From an uncultured Candidatus Saccharibacteria bacterium (GTDB lineage Bacteria; Patescibacteriota; Minisyncoccia; Phycocordibacterales; UBA918), in assembly GCA_964350985.1 (NCBI GenBank), contig CAYGLK010000001.1, positions 457,973-521,972 of the forward strand: a stretch of DNA of 64,000 bases. Reading direction: 5' to 3'. The notes under the pieces are model-generated. The model ran no database searches, was not told the origin of the DNA, and worked only from the letters and a program-made list of their open reading frames with translations. Below, in pieces: positions 1-10,584 of the stretch (position 1 is its first letter; each line of letters starts with the position of its first letter). The translations under genes and the position numbers were made by a program.

Positions 1-191
1 TCTGCCTTAGCTTTTAGAGTCCAACTTTTTACTGCTTTACGATTCTTTGCTGCGTTCTTACTACCGTAAAGGAAAAAAGCTCCAGCTGCGGCTACTGCCG
101 CTGCTGTCAGACCTACACCAATTCCTACTGCTTGATTCTGTGAAATTGACGATTTTGATTTTGATTTTGAAGCTTGTTTTTTTGCTGCCAT
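1..191 (-). CDS. Partial small hypothetical protein (N-terminus MAAKKQASKSKS..GIGVGLTAAAVAAAGAFFLYGSK..), YtxH-like; 3' end lies outside the window
   Basis: ATG at complement of 189-191; the reading frame stays open to position 1; small basic protein with a Gly/Ala-rich hydrophobic segment. I see no clear SD sequence. Confidence 0.3.
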   Translation of the reverse strand, partial: MAAKKQASKSKSKSSISQNQAVGIGVGLTAAAVAAAGAFFLYGSKNAAKNRKAVKSWTLKAKA

Positions 192-220
192 ACAGAAAAT
201 ATTTAAATTTAATAATTAGA

Positions 221-538
221 TTATTCTTCATCCTCCCCTACTACTTCTTTTACTTTACGTCTCGCCATCTTTGCTACTTTGCGTCCTGCGAAAAAAGTTA
301 AGACTTTAGTCAGAACGCTTCCTTCGGAAAAAAACATTCTAATTTGAGTCAGATCACCAGCCAAAACTTCGCTGCCTTCTTCTATCCTTTCTAGTATGCT
401 TTTGACCAATCTAATTATTTTAATTATTTGGTACAAAATAAAGCAGACAAATAGGCTAAATACCACTGTCGCTATACTAGCGATTAAAAAGAATATGTTG
501 GCTTGTAATATCTCACTCATCTCTACTAAGTGTAACAA
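221..538 (-). CDS. Hypothetical small membrane protein
   Basis: Six-frame ORF of 105 aa with one strong hydrophobic helix (IFFLIASIATVVFSLFVCFILY). The true start may be the internal M (MSEILQ). Confidence 0.4.
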   Translation of the reverse strand: MLHLVEMSEILQANIFFLIASIATVVFSLFVCFILYQIIKIIRLVKSILERIEEGSEVLAGDLTQIRMFFSEGSVLTKVLTFFAGRKVAKMARRKVKEVVGEDEE

Positions 539-930
539 GTATCCTGGTGCTTAAGTAAAAACCAAGTGGAAAACTATTAAAAAATGAAAACCGCTCCCTC
601 GGTTTTCGAGAAAGCGGAATGATGAATTATGTGGTGTGAGCGTCTTGAACGAACCAATCAACTTCTCACGCCAAGAAAATTTGTGATGAAGATTTGGTTA
701 AGCATGAGTAGGATAGACAAAGTCGCCAAACTGTGTCCGCCGCGCTGAGCAACTTCTTCATTAAGCTCTTTCTTTAGCTCAGCCCAACAACGCCTTTCTC
801 TTGCAGCATCAAACTCACCTTTGCAAATGTGAGTTTTGTAAATATACCTTTTCATCAAAGACCTCCATATGTGCTAGTAAAATCATTGTAAACATACCAC
901 ATTTTTTATATTTTTCAAGTAAGAAAGTTC

Positions 931-1959
931 TTACTTTATTGTGTTTGTAGACAGAAATTTTTGAACAACTTGTTCTAATTCCTCTACGCTGTCTTGCGCC
1001 ATCAAATCTGCTCTCAGTTCTGCAGCTCCATCGAAGTCTTTAATATAAGCTTTAAAATGCTTCTTCATTACAGCCAGATTTTTAAAAGGTAAAATTTCTT
1101 GAAAGAGTTTTGTCTGCTCTAGCATTACAGCCAGCCTGGTCTCAAGAGGTACGTTAGTGGCATCTTTTTCAGGATGAAAAAGCCACGGGTTACCAAAGAT
1201 AGCTCGACCGAGCATTACTCCATCAGCACCAGTAGCTTCTGCTTTAGCTCTAGCGTCTTCAATGGAAAGAGCGTCGCCATTGCCAATGATCCTGGTCTCA
1301 AGTTTGTCTGCACCCAAAATCTCATTTCGTATCTCTACCGCCCGAGCGATTCTTTCCCACCGCGCTGGAACCTTACTCATTTCTTTTCTGGTACGAGCAT
1401 GCAAGGTAATAGCTGCTGGTCTTTCCTGAAGTAACGCCGGAAGCCATTCTTCTAGTTGGTCTCGGTTATAACCAAGTCTAGTTTTGACTGACACTGGAAT
1501 ACCTCCATCATCCATCTTGGCTCCACGCTTGGCAGCTTGGATAATTTTAGCGGCTACTTCTGGGTTTTTGATCATCGCTGAACCACAACCTTGTTTTTCA
1601 ATAGACTTATCTGGACAGCCCATATTAATATCAACACCATCAAAACCAAGCGAGAGACATAGAGCGGCGGCTTGCTCCATATGAGCTTCATTACTAGAGA
1701 ACAACTGAGCTACTATTGGTCTTTCTGCTTCAGTATAAATAAGGTCGGCCATTAGTTTTGCTTTACCTTCGGGGGTAGCTCGGACTAGTCCATCTGCTGC
1801 CACAAACTCAGTCCACATCACGTCAGGACCACCAACTGTACCGTCTCGTCTTGTGTGAGCACTGTACTTAGCAATTACTCGTCTAAAAGGCGCGTCAGTA
1901 ACATCCGCCAATGGCGCTAGGACAAAAAATGGAGTTGGTAATTTTTTCCAAAATGACAT
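931..1959 (-). CDS. dus: tRNA-dihydrouridine synthase
   Basis: ORF of 342 aa. N-terminus LAPLADVTDAPFRRV and the motifs GCPDK and NxGCP match the Dus family TIM-barrel flavoenzyme. Confidence 0.85.
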   Translation of the reverse strand: MSFWKKLPTPFFVLAPLADVTDAPFRRVIAKYSAHTRRDGTVGGPDVMWTEFVAADGLVRATPEGKAKLMADLIYTEAERPIVAQLFSSNEAHMEQAAALCLSLGFDGVDINMGCPDKSIEKQGCGSAMIKNPEVAAKIIQAAKRGAKMDDGGIPVSVKTRLGYNRDQLEEWLPALLQERPAAITLHARTRKEMSKVPARWERIARAVEIRNEILGADKLETRIIGNGDALSIEDARAKAEATGADGVMLGRAIFGNPWLFHPEKDATNVPLETRLAVMLEQTKLFQEILPFKNLAVMKKHFKAYIKDFDGAAELRADLMAQDSVEELEQVVQKFLSTNTIK

Positions 1960-2002
1960 AAGGCCTGTTTTAACATACTTTAGCCAACTATGACAACGGT
2001 TT

Positions 2003-2890
2003 CTACTCTAATTCTTCTTCCGTATCATCAGCAGCTTCTTCAGTACTTGTAGCAACTCCTTCTTCTTCCGGAACCGCTACTTCCTCATTAACGAATACTC
2101 TTGAACCAAAACGTAGATCTAGATAAAGGAAATTTCCTGGCTCAAGATGAGAAAATTGTTCTGAATTAATTATTGTTTGCAAGTTTGAAACAGTATCTAT
2201 TGCTGGAGTATCTAGATTGGCCTTGATTTCACTACCGCGGGCTAAAGTGTAAAAAACATCTCCAGTTGAATTAATTTCAATTTTTACGACATACCAACCC
2301 AACTGTGATAACAAGTAGGTAAATTCTTTAGAGTTTACATAATACTCCTCACTAAACGGTTTGGTATTTATTTCAAAACGATTTTCAACATCGTAATAAC
2401 GCACCAAACTTGAACCAGATAAATTAGGTGCCTTTGCAAAAGCATAGCCCTCTTTATCTAAGAAAAGACAACTATCATGATCGTTACTATCGCACCACAA
2501 AGCATCAGGCAAGTACTCATCAAAAGTGACTGAGATTTCTTTTCTTGAAACACGATCTACTTTTACATCTTTTATTTTTTCTATTTGATTTACTCGCTCC
2601 AAAATACTCTCTTCCGGATATAAATAAGAAAACTTTTTTGGTATCAATTTAAAATATGATCCGGTAAGTTGTTCGCGAGCGATTGTTTCAACTTTTTTCT
2701 TATCAATAGTAAATCCGCCTTCTACTGTAACCGTGTCTAGCGTAAAGGTTGAAAGCCTAGTCCCATACCAAATAGCCGTAATAACTAAAGCTACTGAGCT
2801 AAATATAATCAGACCTAGAACAATTTGCTTGATTAAAAGAATTGTTCCAGGATCCAGATATTTTTTACGCTTTTTTGGTTTTGGTTTCAT
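2003..2890 (-). CDS. ftsQ: Cell-division protein FtsQ/DivIB-like (N-terminal basic tail, one TM helix, POTRA/beta domains)
   Basis: 295 aa. MKPKPKKRKK, then a TM helix, then a pattern typical of the FtsQ POTRA domain. The C-terminus has an acidic tail. Confidence 0.5.
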   Translation of the reverse strand: MKPKPKKRKKYLDPGTILLIKQIVLGLIIFSSVALVITAIWYGTRLSTFTLDTVTVEGGFTIDKKKVETIAREQLTGSYFKLIPKKFSYLYPEESILERVNQIEKIKDVKVDRVSRKEISVTFDEYLPDALWCDSNDHDSCLFLDKEGYAFAKAPNLSGSSLVRYYDVENRFEINTKPFSEEYYVNSKEFTYLLSQLGWYVVKIEINSTGDVFYTLARGSEIKANLDTPAIDTVSNLQTIINSEQFSHLEPGNFLYLDLRFGSRVFVNEEVAVPEEEGVATSTEEAADDTEEELE

Positions 2891-2899
2891 AGATATATA

Positions 2900-2933
2900 A
2901 AAGAAGGGCGGGCTTCGCCCGCCCTTCTTTTTG
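2900..2933. terminator. GC-rich perfect hairpin plus T-run (aagaagggcgggcttcgcccgcccttcttttt) between serS and ftsQ
   Basis: Inverted repeat read directly from the sequence. Confidence 0.6.
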
Positions 2934-2934
2934 A

Positions 2935-4200
2935 TTAACCAATCTTATCCTTACCCATATACTCACGTAGTTTTTCTGGAATCAGAATACTGCCGTCTTC
3001 CTGCTGAAAGTTTTCCAGTAGTGAAACGAGGATACGTGGTGTTGGGATGGCGGTACAGTTAAGTGAGTGTGCGTAACGCATCTTCCCTTCTGCGTCACGA
3101 TAACGAATATTAAATCTTCGTGTTTGGAAGTCGTGGAAGTATGAAGCTGAACTTATCTCTCTGTAAGTCTTTTCTCCTGGTACCCAGAGCTCAATATCAT
3201 ATTTCTTCACTTGTCCCTGACCTAAGTCACCACCGCAGTTTAATACCGTTCGATATGGAATTCCGAGTGATTCAATAAACTCTTCAGTATTGCGATTGAT
3301 CCACTCATGGAGACGGACACTTTCTTCATGTGAAGCTTCACACAAGACCACCTGTTCCAGTTTGAAAAATTCATGTACTCGAATTAGCCCTTTAGTATCT
3401 TTTCCATGACTTCCAGCTTCGCGACGATAACAAGGTGAGAACGCCAAAAACTTTGCTGGTAGTTGTGACTCTTCTAAAACTTCGTCAGCATAAAGACCCA
3501 TTGTTGAAACTTCTCCTGTACCGATCAGATAATCTTCGTCTTGAGTCTTATATACATCCTCAGCTTCGTTTGGTAGGTGTCCAGTTCCGTAAAGATTACT
3601 CTTACGAACAATACTCGGAACCAATAGTGGTTCAAAGCCTTTCTCTAAGAAAAACTTGTTAGCGTAGTTCCAAACCGCCCAAGAAAGTCGAGCGCCGTCA
3701 CCTCGAAGGTAGTAACCACGAAAACCATGAACTTTGGTCCCGCGCTCGAAGTCAGCCATCTTGTGTTTATTCATCAACTCTACGTGATCTTTAGCTTCAA
3801 AAGAAAAAGAAGTTTGTTCTCCCCACGTTTTGACTTCCTGATTATCAGCGTCACTATCACCATCAGGCACAGACATATCTGGAATGTTTGGTACTTGGAG
3901 CATTAATCCTTGCCATTCTTCCATTATTGGCTTCAGGGCTTCTTCTTCTTTCTGTAGATCTAGTTTAAGAACCTGCATCCCAGAGATAAGATGTTGTCTT
4001 AAAGCTGCATCATTTCCAGCCGCTGCAATTTCTTGTGAAGCTTTATTTTGTTCTGCTTTCTTAGTCTCAAGCTTGGTCATGATCTCACGCCGTTGATCAT
4101 CAATCTTAAGCAGTCGATCAATATCGATTTTAATCTTCTTTTTTTGAGCCGCTAGTTTTACTAGGTCAGAATTCTCTCTGATGAATTTAATATCTAACAT
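2935..4200 (-). CDS. serS: Seryl-tRNA synthetase
   Basis: 421 aa. N-terminal coiled-coil arm (MLDIKFIRENSDLV...), then a class II core with FRRE-like and GGxxG motifs, as in SerRS. Confidence 0.9.
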   Translation of the reverse strand: MLDIKFIRENSDLVKLAAQKKKIKIDIDRLLKIDDQRREIMTKLETKKAEQNKASQEIAAAGNDAALRQHLISGMQVLKLDLQKEEEALKPIMEEWQGLMLQVPNIPDMSVPDGDSDADNQEVKTWGEQTSFSFEAKDHVELMNKHKMADFERGTKVHGFRGYYLRGDGARLSWAVWNYANKFFLEKGFEPLLVPSIVRKSNLYGTGHLPNEAEDVYKTQDEDYLIGTGEVSTMGLYADEVLEESQLPAKFLAFSPCYRREAGSHGKDTKGLIRVHEFFKLEQVVLCEASHEESVRLHEWINRNTEEFIESLGIPYRTVLNCGGDLGQGQVKKYDIELWVPGEKTYREISSASYFHDFQTRRFNIRYRDAEGKMRYAHSLNCTAIPTPRILVSLLENFQQEDGSILIPEKLREYMGKDKIG

Positions 4201-4294
4201 AAAATATAGTCCAAGTATTATAACGCATCACTTCTCTAGGACGAAATCCCTTACTTAGCAACATCAAATGAGATCATGCTACACTTTTTAGAGA

Positions 4295-5164
4295 ATGGAA
4301 ATATCTCATATAACCAGTTCAGAATTTAAAAAGCATAATCTAGGCATTTTAAATGAAATCCCGCAGCCGCCGAAAGAATTTTGGTATCAAGGCAACCTAC
4401 CCGACTCAAGCATAACTCTACTAGCAGTTGTTGGCTCCAGAAAATACACTACCTATGGACAGCAAGTGATTGATCACCTTATCGGTGGACTAGCTGGTTA
4501 CCCTGTTGGGATTGTCTCTGGTTTAGCGTTAGGTATGGACGGATTAGCACACGAAGCAGCTCTCAAAAATAACCTATATACTTTAGCGATACCAGGTAGT
4601 GGACTTGATGAATCAGTCCTCTACCCAGCTAGTCACAAGAGCTTAGCTCGAAAGATACTCGAAAGTGGCGGTGGTCTTTTGTCTGAACTGGCGCCAAAGG
4701 CAAGAGCAGCTCTTTGGACTTTTCCACAGAGAAACCGGGTCATGGCTGGTCTTTGTAAAGCGACTCTACTTATAGAAGCAGGAGAAAAGTCCGGCACTCT
4801 GATTACCGCCAGAATGGCTGTCGACTATAATCGTGAACTATTGGCAGTACCTGGAAGTATCTTTTCAAAGAACTCTGCCGGTACGCATCAGTTCCTAAAA
4901 CTGGGAGCCACGATGGTAACTGAGGCGGCTGATATTTTAGAAGTACTGCAGATAGAAAGTGAAAAAACCAAACCTACACAAAATAGTTTACTTTTATCTG
5001 AAATTGAAAAAACTATTATTGAACTACTTCATGAACCTCAAGACAAAGACACCTTACTGAGACAACTTCCTTTACCGACTTCTGAAGCCAGTATTATCTT
5101 GATGAATATGGAAATGCAGGGTTATATTACCTATGAATCACCTCATTATCGGGCACTCATCTAG
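4295..5164 (+). CDS. dprA: DNA processing protein DprA (Smf)
   Basis: 289 aa. Rossmann-like DprA core VVGSRKYTTYGQQV...GLALGMDGLAHEAAL...PQRNRVMAGL. Confidence 0.8.
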   Translation: MEISHITSSEFKKHNLGILNEIPQPPKEFWYQGNLPDSSITLLAVVGSRKYTTYGQQVIDHLIGGLAGYPVGIVSGLALGMDGLAHEAALKNNLYTLAIPGSGLDESVLYPASHKSLARKILESGGGLLSELAPKARAALWTFPQRNRVMAGLCKATLLIEAGEKSGTLITARMAVDYNRELLAVPGSIFSKNSAGTHQFLKLGATMVTEAADILEVLQIESEKTKPTQNSLLLSEIEKTIIELLHEPQDKDTLLRQLPLPTSEASIILMNMEMQGYITYESPHYRALI

Positions 5165-5235
5165 TGTCAGTCGGAACTCTTATTATTTGACAGAATTCCT
5201 TAAGCCTAGTATTTGTTACTGAATCTTACATATAT

Positions 5236-7596
5236 ATGAGTAAATACACCCTAGTAATTGTTGAGTCGCCAGCTAAGGCTAAGACTATTGAAAAATACCT
5301 CGGAAAAGATTACCGCGTGCTTTCTTCTATTGGTCACGTGCGCGACTTACCAAAAAGTAACAAGGATGCTGTTGATATCGAAAACGGTTTTGTACCGCGG
5401 TATATTATTTCGCCTGGAAAAGACAAAGTGATTGCCGGACTTCAAAACGCGGCCAAAAAAGCTGATGAGGTACTACTAGCATCCGACCCCGACCGTGAAG
5501 GAGAAGCGATTGCCTGGCATGTTGCCGAACTTATCAAAGAAGTTAATCCAAAGCTGAAGCGAGTAGCTTTCAACGAGATCACTGAGGCGGCTGTCAAAGA
5601 AGCTATCGCTCACCCGAGAGAGATTGATCTTAATCTCAAGGAAGCTCAAGAAGCGCGTCGAGTGTTAGACAGATTGGTTGGGTACGATTTATCTGGCTTG
5701 ATCTGGAAGAAAGTTCGTTATGGCTTATCTGCTGGACGTGTACAATCTCCAGCTCTTCGTATCGTGATGGAAAGAGAACGAGAAATCCGTGCTTTTATTC
5801 CTGAAGATTACTACAACCTTACAGCTAATACTGAAGCCAAAGGTAAAGCAATTCCCTTTTTCTGTAGTGTTGAACCAAAAGAAAAAGACGAAGCTGAACG
5901 AATCAAGAAAGTTGGTGAAAAATCTGACTGGGTAATTAAAGATCTAAAGGAAACTGAAGCAAAGCGAAGTCCAAAACCACCTTTTACAACTTCAACACTT
6001 CAACAAACAGCTTCGACTCGGCTTGGCTTTTCGCCTTCGAGAACTATGGGAGCTGCTCAAAAGTTGTATGAAGCAGGACATATTACTTATATGCGTACTG
6101 ACAGCCCAAACATCAGTGTCGTAGCGCAAAAGCAGTTGATTGCCATGATCAATAAAAGTTATGGCAAAAGTTATTTGCAACCTAGACAATACAAATCAAA
6201 GAGTAAGTCAGCTCAAGAAGCTCACGAAGCTGTGCGTCCAACCAACTTTAATAAAGACTCAGCTGGTACAACTGGTGACCAAAAAGCGCTTTACGAACTG
6301 ATTTGGAATCGTACTGTTGCCTCACAGATGGCTGACGCTACTATCAAACGATCGAAGCTCATTACTAACATCACAGATACAAGTGAAACTATTCCTGACT
6401 TCTCAGTTAATGGTTCTCGGGTTATTTTTGACGGATGGCTGAAAGTAGATACCAGGGCTCGTGGTGAAGACACTGAAGTACCAAAGATAAATGTTGGTGA
6501 CTCTGTCAAACTAAAAGATATTAGTATTGAAGCTAAACAAACTGAACCACCAAACCGCTACTCAGAAGCTGGTTTGATTAAAGAACTAGAAAAACGCGGT
6601 ATTGGTCGTCCATCAACTTACGCCTCAACCATGAAAACCATCATTGATCGTGGTTACGTTATTAAAGAAGGTCGAACTCTGATACCAACTGACACGGGCG
6701 ATGTAGTTTCTTCTTTCTTGGAAAAACATTTCTTGGAATATATAAGTGATACCTTCACTAGTGATATGGAAGATGAATTAGACGAAATTGCTGAGGGAAA
6801 AAGAACTTATGTTAAAACTCTAACTGATTTTTATCTCCCTTTCCAAAAAGATGTTGCCGGAAAAGAAAATATTGAAAAAATCACCAACCTTGGTCCGGGA
6901 CCAAAACAATTCCCTTGTCCTGAGTGTGGCGCTGATATGATCATTAAACTTGGTCGCGGAGGCAACTTTCTCTCTTGTGGACGCTTCCCTGACTGTAATG
7001 GATCAAGACTGATTGACGGTAGCGAACTTAAGCCTGACGCACCTTTAGGAACTGATCCTGAGTCTGGTCTTGAAGTATTTATCTTAAATGGAAAATTTGG
7101 ACCATACGCTCAGTTGGGTGAGACACCAGAAAAAGTAAAGGGCAAAAAACAAAAAGCACCCAAGCGTGCTTCCCTGCCTTCAGGAGTAAAGCCAGAAGAC
7201 GTCACTCTAGAAATGGCGCTAAAGTTTTTGACTCTGCCTCGCGAATTAGGAGCTCACCCTAAAACTGAAGAACCAATTATCGCCAACACTGGTCAATACG
7301 GGCCATACTTAGCTCATGCTGGAGACTTCCGGTCACTTAAAGGCAAAGATGATCCTTATACTATTACCTATGAACGGGCGCTTGAAATTTATAAAGAGCC
7401 GAAGCAAACTCGAAAAGGTGAAACTCTACTAAAGGAACTTGGTATCAATCCTGGTACTAAAAAACTAGTTAATGTCTATGAATCAAAGTCTGGACGCTTC
7501 CTCAGAAAAGGTTTTAAAAGAATTAGTATTCCAGACGAAATCAAGACAGAAGATATCACTATTGAAGTTGCGGTTGAACTACTTAAAAGAGGCTAA
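5236..7596 (+). CDS. topA: DNA topoisomerase I
   Basis: 786 aa. TOPRIM N-terminus MSKYTLVIVESPAKAKTIEKYLG, active-site region HITYMRTDS, and a C-terminal zinc-ribbon CPECG...C..C. Confidence 0.9.
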   Translation: MSKYTLVIVESPAKAKTIEKYLGKDYRVLSSIGHVRDLPKSNKDAVDIENGFVPRYIISPGKDKVIAGLQNAAKKADEVLLASDPDREGEAIAWHVAELIKEVNPKLKRVAFNEITEAAVKEAIAHPREIDLNLKEAQEARRVLDRLVGYDLSGLIWKKVRYGLSAGRVQSPALRIVMEREREIRAFIPEDYYNLTANTEAKGKAIPFFCSVEPKEKDEAERIKKVGEKSDWVIKDLKETEAKRSPKPPFTTSTLQQTASTRLGFSPSRTMGAAQKLYEAGHITYMRTDSPNISVVAQKQLIAMINKSYGKSYLQPRQYKSKSKSAQEAHEAVRPTNFNKDSAGTTGDQKALYELIWNRTVASQMADATIKRSKLITNITDTSETIPDFSVNGSRVIFDGWLKVDTRARGEDTEVPKINVGDSVKLKDISIEAKQTEPPNRYSEAGLIKELEKRGIGRPSTYASTMKTIIDRGYVIKEGRTLIPTDTGDVVSSFLEKHFLEYISDTFTSDMEDELDEIAEGKRTYVKTLTDFYLPFQKDVAGKENIEKITNLGPGPKQFPCPECGADMIIKLGRGGNFLSCGRFPDCNGSRLIDGSELKPDAPLGTDPESGLEVFILNGKFGPYAQLGETPEKVKGKKQKAPKRASLPSGVKPEDVTLEMALKFLTLPRELGAHPKTEEPIIANTGQYGPYLAHAGDFRSLKGKDDPYTITYERALEIYKEPKQTRKGETLLKELGINPGTKKLVNVYESKSGRFLRKGFKRISIPDEIKTEDITIEVAVELLKRG

Positions 7597-7605
7597 AACA
7601 AATAC

Positions 7606-7644
7606 AAAGGCCGGTCCTAGGTTCCCTAGGACCGGCCTTTGTAA
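7606..7644. terminator. Hairpin aaaggccggtcctagg/cctaggaccggccttt after topA
   Basis: Perfect inverted repeat followed by T/A-rich sequence. Confidence 0.55.
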
Positions 7645-7689
7645 AAGTAAAAACTTGTTATTTAAAGCATATATCTCTACAATAACTAG

Positions 7690-9225
7690 ATGACTGCCAG
7701 AGATATTATAGTTTTACTTGAAAATCCAAGTGAAGCAGACAAAGCTTTAATTGAAAAAGCTTTTTCTTTTGTGGAGAAAGCACACGCTGGCCACAAAAGA
7801 TACTCGGGCGAACCCTACCTAAATCACCTAGCGGCTGTTGGCTCTAAATTAGCTGAAATGAACATGAGTGCGCGAACAGTTGCTGCTGGTCTACTCCATG
7901 ACTCTATTGAAGATACTGAAGTTACGGCTGATGATATTTTAAAAGAGTTTGGCGAAGAAATTCTATTTTTAGTTGAAGGAGTAACAAAACTTAGTTCAGT
8001 ACGTTACTACGGCAGTGATCGTCACAATGAGAGTCTCAGGAAACTCTTAGTTGCAACTAGTCAGGATATTAGAGTATTGATCATTAAGCTTGTTGATCGT
8101 TTGCACAACATGCAGACCTTGTCTCATATACCTGAAAAAAAACAATTACGGATTGCTACAGAAACCTTAGAGATCTATGTACCAGTAGCACACCGACTAG
8201 GAATGGGACGTATTCGTAAAGAACTTGAGGATCTTGCTTTCCCTTATGTTTTTCCTATTGAATACACTAAAGTACAGGAACTACTTGAAAGCAAAGCCGG
8301 TAAGTCCAATGAGCTACTGGAACGAGAAAGAAAAGCTTTGCAAAAAAGATTGGCTGAAATTGGGTTACTTAGTTTTAAGACTTCATATCGAGTAAAGGGT
8401 TTGTATAGCCTTTACCATAAACTTAAGAGAAAGGAGTGGGATATTGGTGTGGTGTATGACCTCCTAGCTATGCGAGTAGTTGTTCCTGACGTCGAAGACT
8501 GTTATCGAGCCCTAGGAATCATCCACAAACTCTGGCGACCACTACCAGGAAGAGTGAAAGACTATATCGCTTTCCCAAAGCCAAACGGCTATCAATCACT
8601 TCATACTACCGTCGCAACTCCAAACGGTGTGATTATGGAGATTCAAATTCGTACCGAAAGAATGCACCATGAATCTGAGTTTGGTATTGCTTCGCACCTA
8701 AGCTATAAAGAGCAAAACGGTGCCATTGCACCTGAAAGCCAGTCCCGTTTTACCAGTCTTATTCCTTCCCTATTTAGACCTTTTAGTAACGATAAAAAAA
8801 CAAAGGAAGATATCAAACAAGCAAAGGAACATGATCACCGAGAAAAAATACCTCTTTGGATTGCGGAGATCGGTGAGACTCACAGTAAAGAAAAGTCGAC
8901 CACAGCAGAGTTTGTCGAAGATACTCAAAAAGACTTCTTCTCAAACCGAATCTTTGTCTTTACACCCGTCGGTGACGTTGTTGACTTGCCAGTTGGCGCT
9001 ACACCGATAGACTTTGCTTACGCTATTCACTCTGAGGTTGGAGATCATATTTTTGGTGCCAAGGTAAACAAAAAACTAGTACAACTAGACAAAGAGCTCC
9101 ATAACGGAGACATAGTAGAGATTGAAACAAGAAAGTCAGCTAAGCCGACCGTTAAGTGGCTGAACTTTGTTAAGACCGCTTTGGCCAGACGACGAATCAA
9201 AGCAGCTCTGGAAATTAAAAATTAA
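7690..9225 (+). CDS. rel: (p)ppGpp synthetase/hydrolase Rel/SpoT homolog, short form with HD, synthetase and TGS domains only
   Basis: 511 aa. HD motif HDSIEDT, a RelA/SpoT synthetase core, and a C-terminal TGS (PVGDVVDLPVGATPIDFAYAIHSEVG). There is no ACT/RRM tail. Confidence 0.8.
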   Translation: MTARDIIVLLENPSEADKALIEKAFSFVEKAHAGHKRYSGEPYLNHLAAVGSKLAEMNMSARTVAAGLLHDSIEDTEVTADDILKEFGEEILFLVEGVTKLSSVRYYGSDRHNESLRKLLVATSQDIRVLIIKLVDRLHNMQTLSHIPEKKQLRIATETLEIYVPVAHRLGMGRIRKELEDLAFPYVFPIEYTKVQELLESKAGKSNELLERERKALQKRLAEIGLLSFKTSYRVKGLYSLYHKLKRKEWDIGVVYDLLAMRVVVPDVEDCYRALGIIHKLWRPLPGRVKDYIAFPKPNGYQSLHTTVATPNGVIMEIQIRTERMHHESEFGIASHLSYKEQNGAIAPESQSRFTSLIPSLFRPFSNDKKTKEDIKQAKEHDHREKIPLWIAEIGETHSKEKSTTAEFVEDTQKDFFSNRIFVFTPVGDVVDLPVGATPIDFAYAIHSEVGDHIFGAKVNKKLVQLDKELHNGDIVEIETRKSAKPTVKWLNFVKTALARRRIKAALEIKN

Positions 9226-9258
9226 AAAAGACCGGGAGCAAAGCTCCCGGTCTTTTTA
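9225..9258. terminator. Bidirectional hairpin aaaaagaccgggagc-aaa-gctcccggtcttttt between rel and parB
   Basis: Perfect stem flanked by A- and T-runs. Confidence 0.6.
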
Positions 9259-9264
9259 ATTAAT

Positions 9265-10584
9265 TTAAACTGAGAAATTTCTAATCGAATACAAGCCACT
9301 CTCATCATCTTTATCTTTTGGTGGGATTGTTACTGTCTCAGAATATTCTTCTACCTCTTCTGCTTTTGCCTCAGTATTGTCTTCTGTTTCTGGCTGATTA
9401 TTCTCTTCCGGGGTTTCATTAGCAATTGATTCATTATTTGTTTCAGTCTGATCTTCTTGTACTGGTTCTTCTCTTGTTTCTTCCCTTCTTTCTTCTGCTA
9501 CTGGCTCTGCAACAATATGTTCACCGACTATTATTTCCTCTTGTTCTACAACAGCTACTTCTTCTTTTTGCTCTTCATGATTATTTTGATCTTCTTCTGG
9601 TGCTGGGGTTTCAGTTTCAGAATTAGCCAAGAGAACTTCATCACTTAAGTCAGACAACTCTCTTCCTCCATCATCTACTGCCACAGTAAGTGGAGTATGT
9701 TCAGCCAGCTTATCGGCTGCAGAGGCGGTTACTGGAGCTATGCTCATATTTGGAGCATTCTCGTCTTTAATTCGTCGTAACATCATCTCCAAGTCATCAA
9801 CTGAGAAATAATCGATTGTCAGCTGTCCGCCGTAATCTGTTTTTTGGATCTGAACTCTTGTGCCCAGAGTTTCCATAAACTTCTTCTCCATCTCGATTAG
9901 CTCAACATCAAATTCACCGAGATTCTTTTTACGTACTTTATCAGTAGCAATTTTTCGAACAATTCTTTCAAGTTCACGGACAGAAAGTTTCTTCAGTAAT
10001 ATCTCACGGAAAACAACATCTTGCTCTTCTGGTTTATCATTAAGCATTAGGAGTGTTCGAGCATGACCTTCAGTCATTTCTGCCATTCTCAGCGAGTTGA
10101 GCATATGCTCAGGTAAACCAAGTAGACGAATAGAGTTTGATACATACTCTCGACTTCGCCCTACTTTCTTGGCTACTTGCGTATGAGAAAGTCCAAAGAC
10201 TTCAGCTAACTGCTTAAACGCCAAAGCTCGGTCTACAGCATTAAGATCCTCGCGTTGCAGGTTCTCAATAATAGCCAGCTCAAGTTTTTCTTGTTCACTA
10301 TCTTCGCCTTCACGAATAATAACTGGTACTTGAGATAACCCAGCCAACTTACTAGCTCGCAAACGACGTTCTCCAGCAATAAGTTCGTACTCTGTATAGA
10401 ACGTACCATCTTCTCTTTGGATCTCTTTTCTAGTTACTGTCAGTGGCTGCAAAATACCGTACATTCGTACCGATTCAGACAACTCAACCAATTTCTGTTG
10501 ATCAAATTCCCGCCGTGGTTGAAACGGATTAGGAACGATTTTTTCTACTTCTACCCAAAATATTGAATCTCCTTGAAATGCCAT
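9265..10584 (-). CDS. parB: ParB/Spo0J-like partition protein with a ~130-aa acidic low-complexity C-terminal tail
   Basis: 439 aa. ParB box LTVTRK...IAGERRLRASKLAG, HTH LSHTQVAKKVGRSREYVSNSIRLL, and an E/Q/T-rich tail. No parA gene sits next to it. Confidence 0.75.
   Translation of the reverse strand: MAFQGDSIFWVEVEKIVPNPFQPRREFDQQKLVELSESVRMYGILQPLTVTRKEIQREDGTFYTEYELIAGERRLRASKLAGLSQVPVIIREGEDSEQEKLELAIIENLQREDLNAVDRALAFKQLAEVFGLSHTQVAKKVGRSREYVSNSIRLLGLPEHMLNSLRMAEMTEGHARTLLMLNDKPEEQDVVFREILLKKLSVRELERIVRKIATDKVRKKNLGEFDVELIEMEKKFMETLGTRVQIQKTDYGGQLTIDYFSVDDLEMMLRRIKDENAPNMSIAPVTASAADKLAEHTPLTVAVDDGGRELSDLSDEVLLANSETETPAPEEDQNNHEEQKEEVAVVEQEEIIVGEHIVAEPVAEERREETREEPVQEDQTETNNESIANETPEENNQPETEDNTEAKAEEVEEYSETVTIPPKDKDDESGLYSIRNFSV

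Noticed and set aside
658-858. 66-aa minus-strand ORF in the 540-930 intergenic region
   Set aside because: It is short, with no RBS and no recognisable family. It lies in a region that more plausibly holds the dus promoter and terminators. I left it uncalled.
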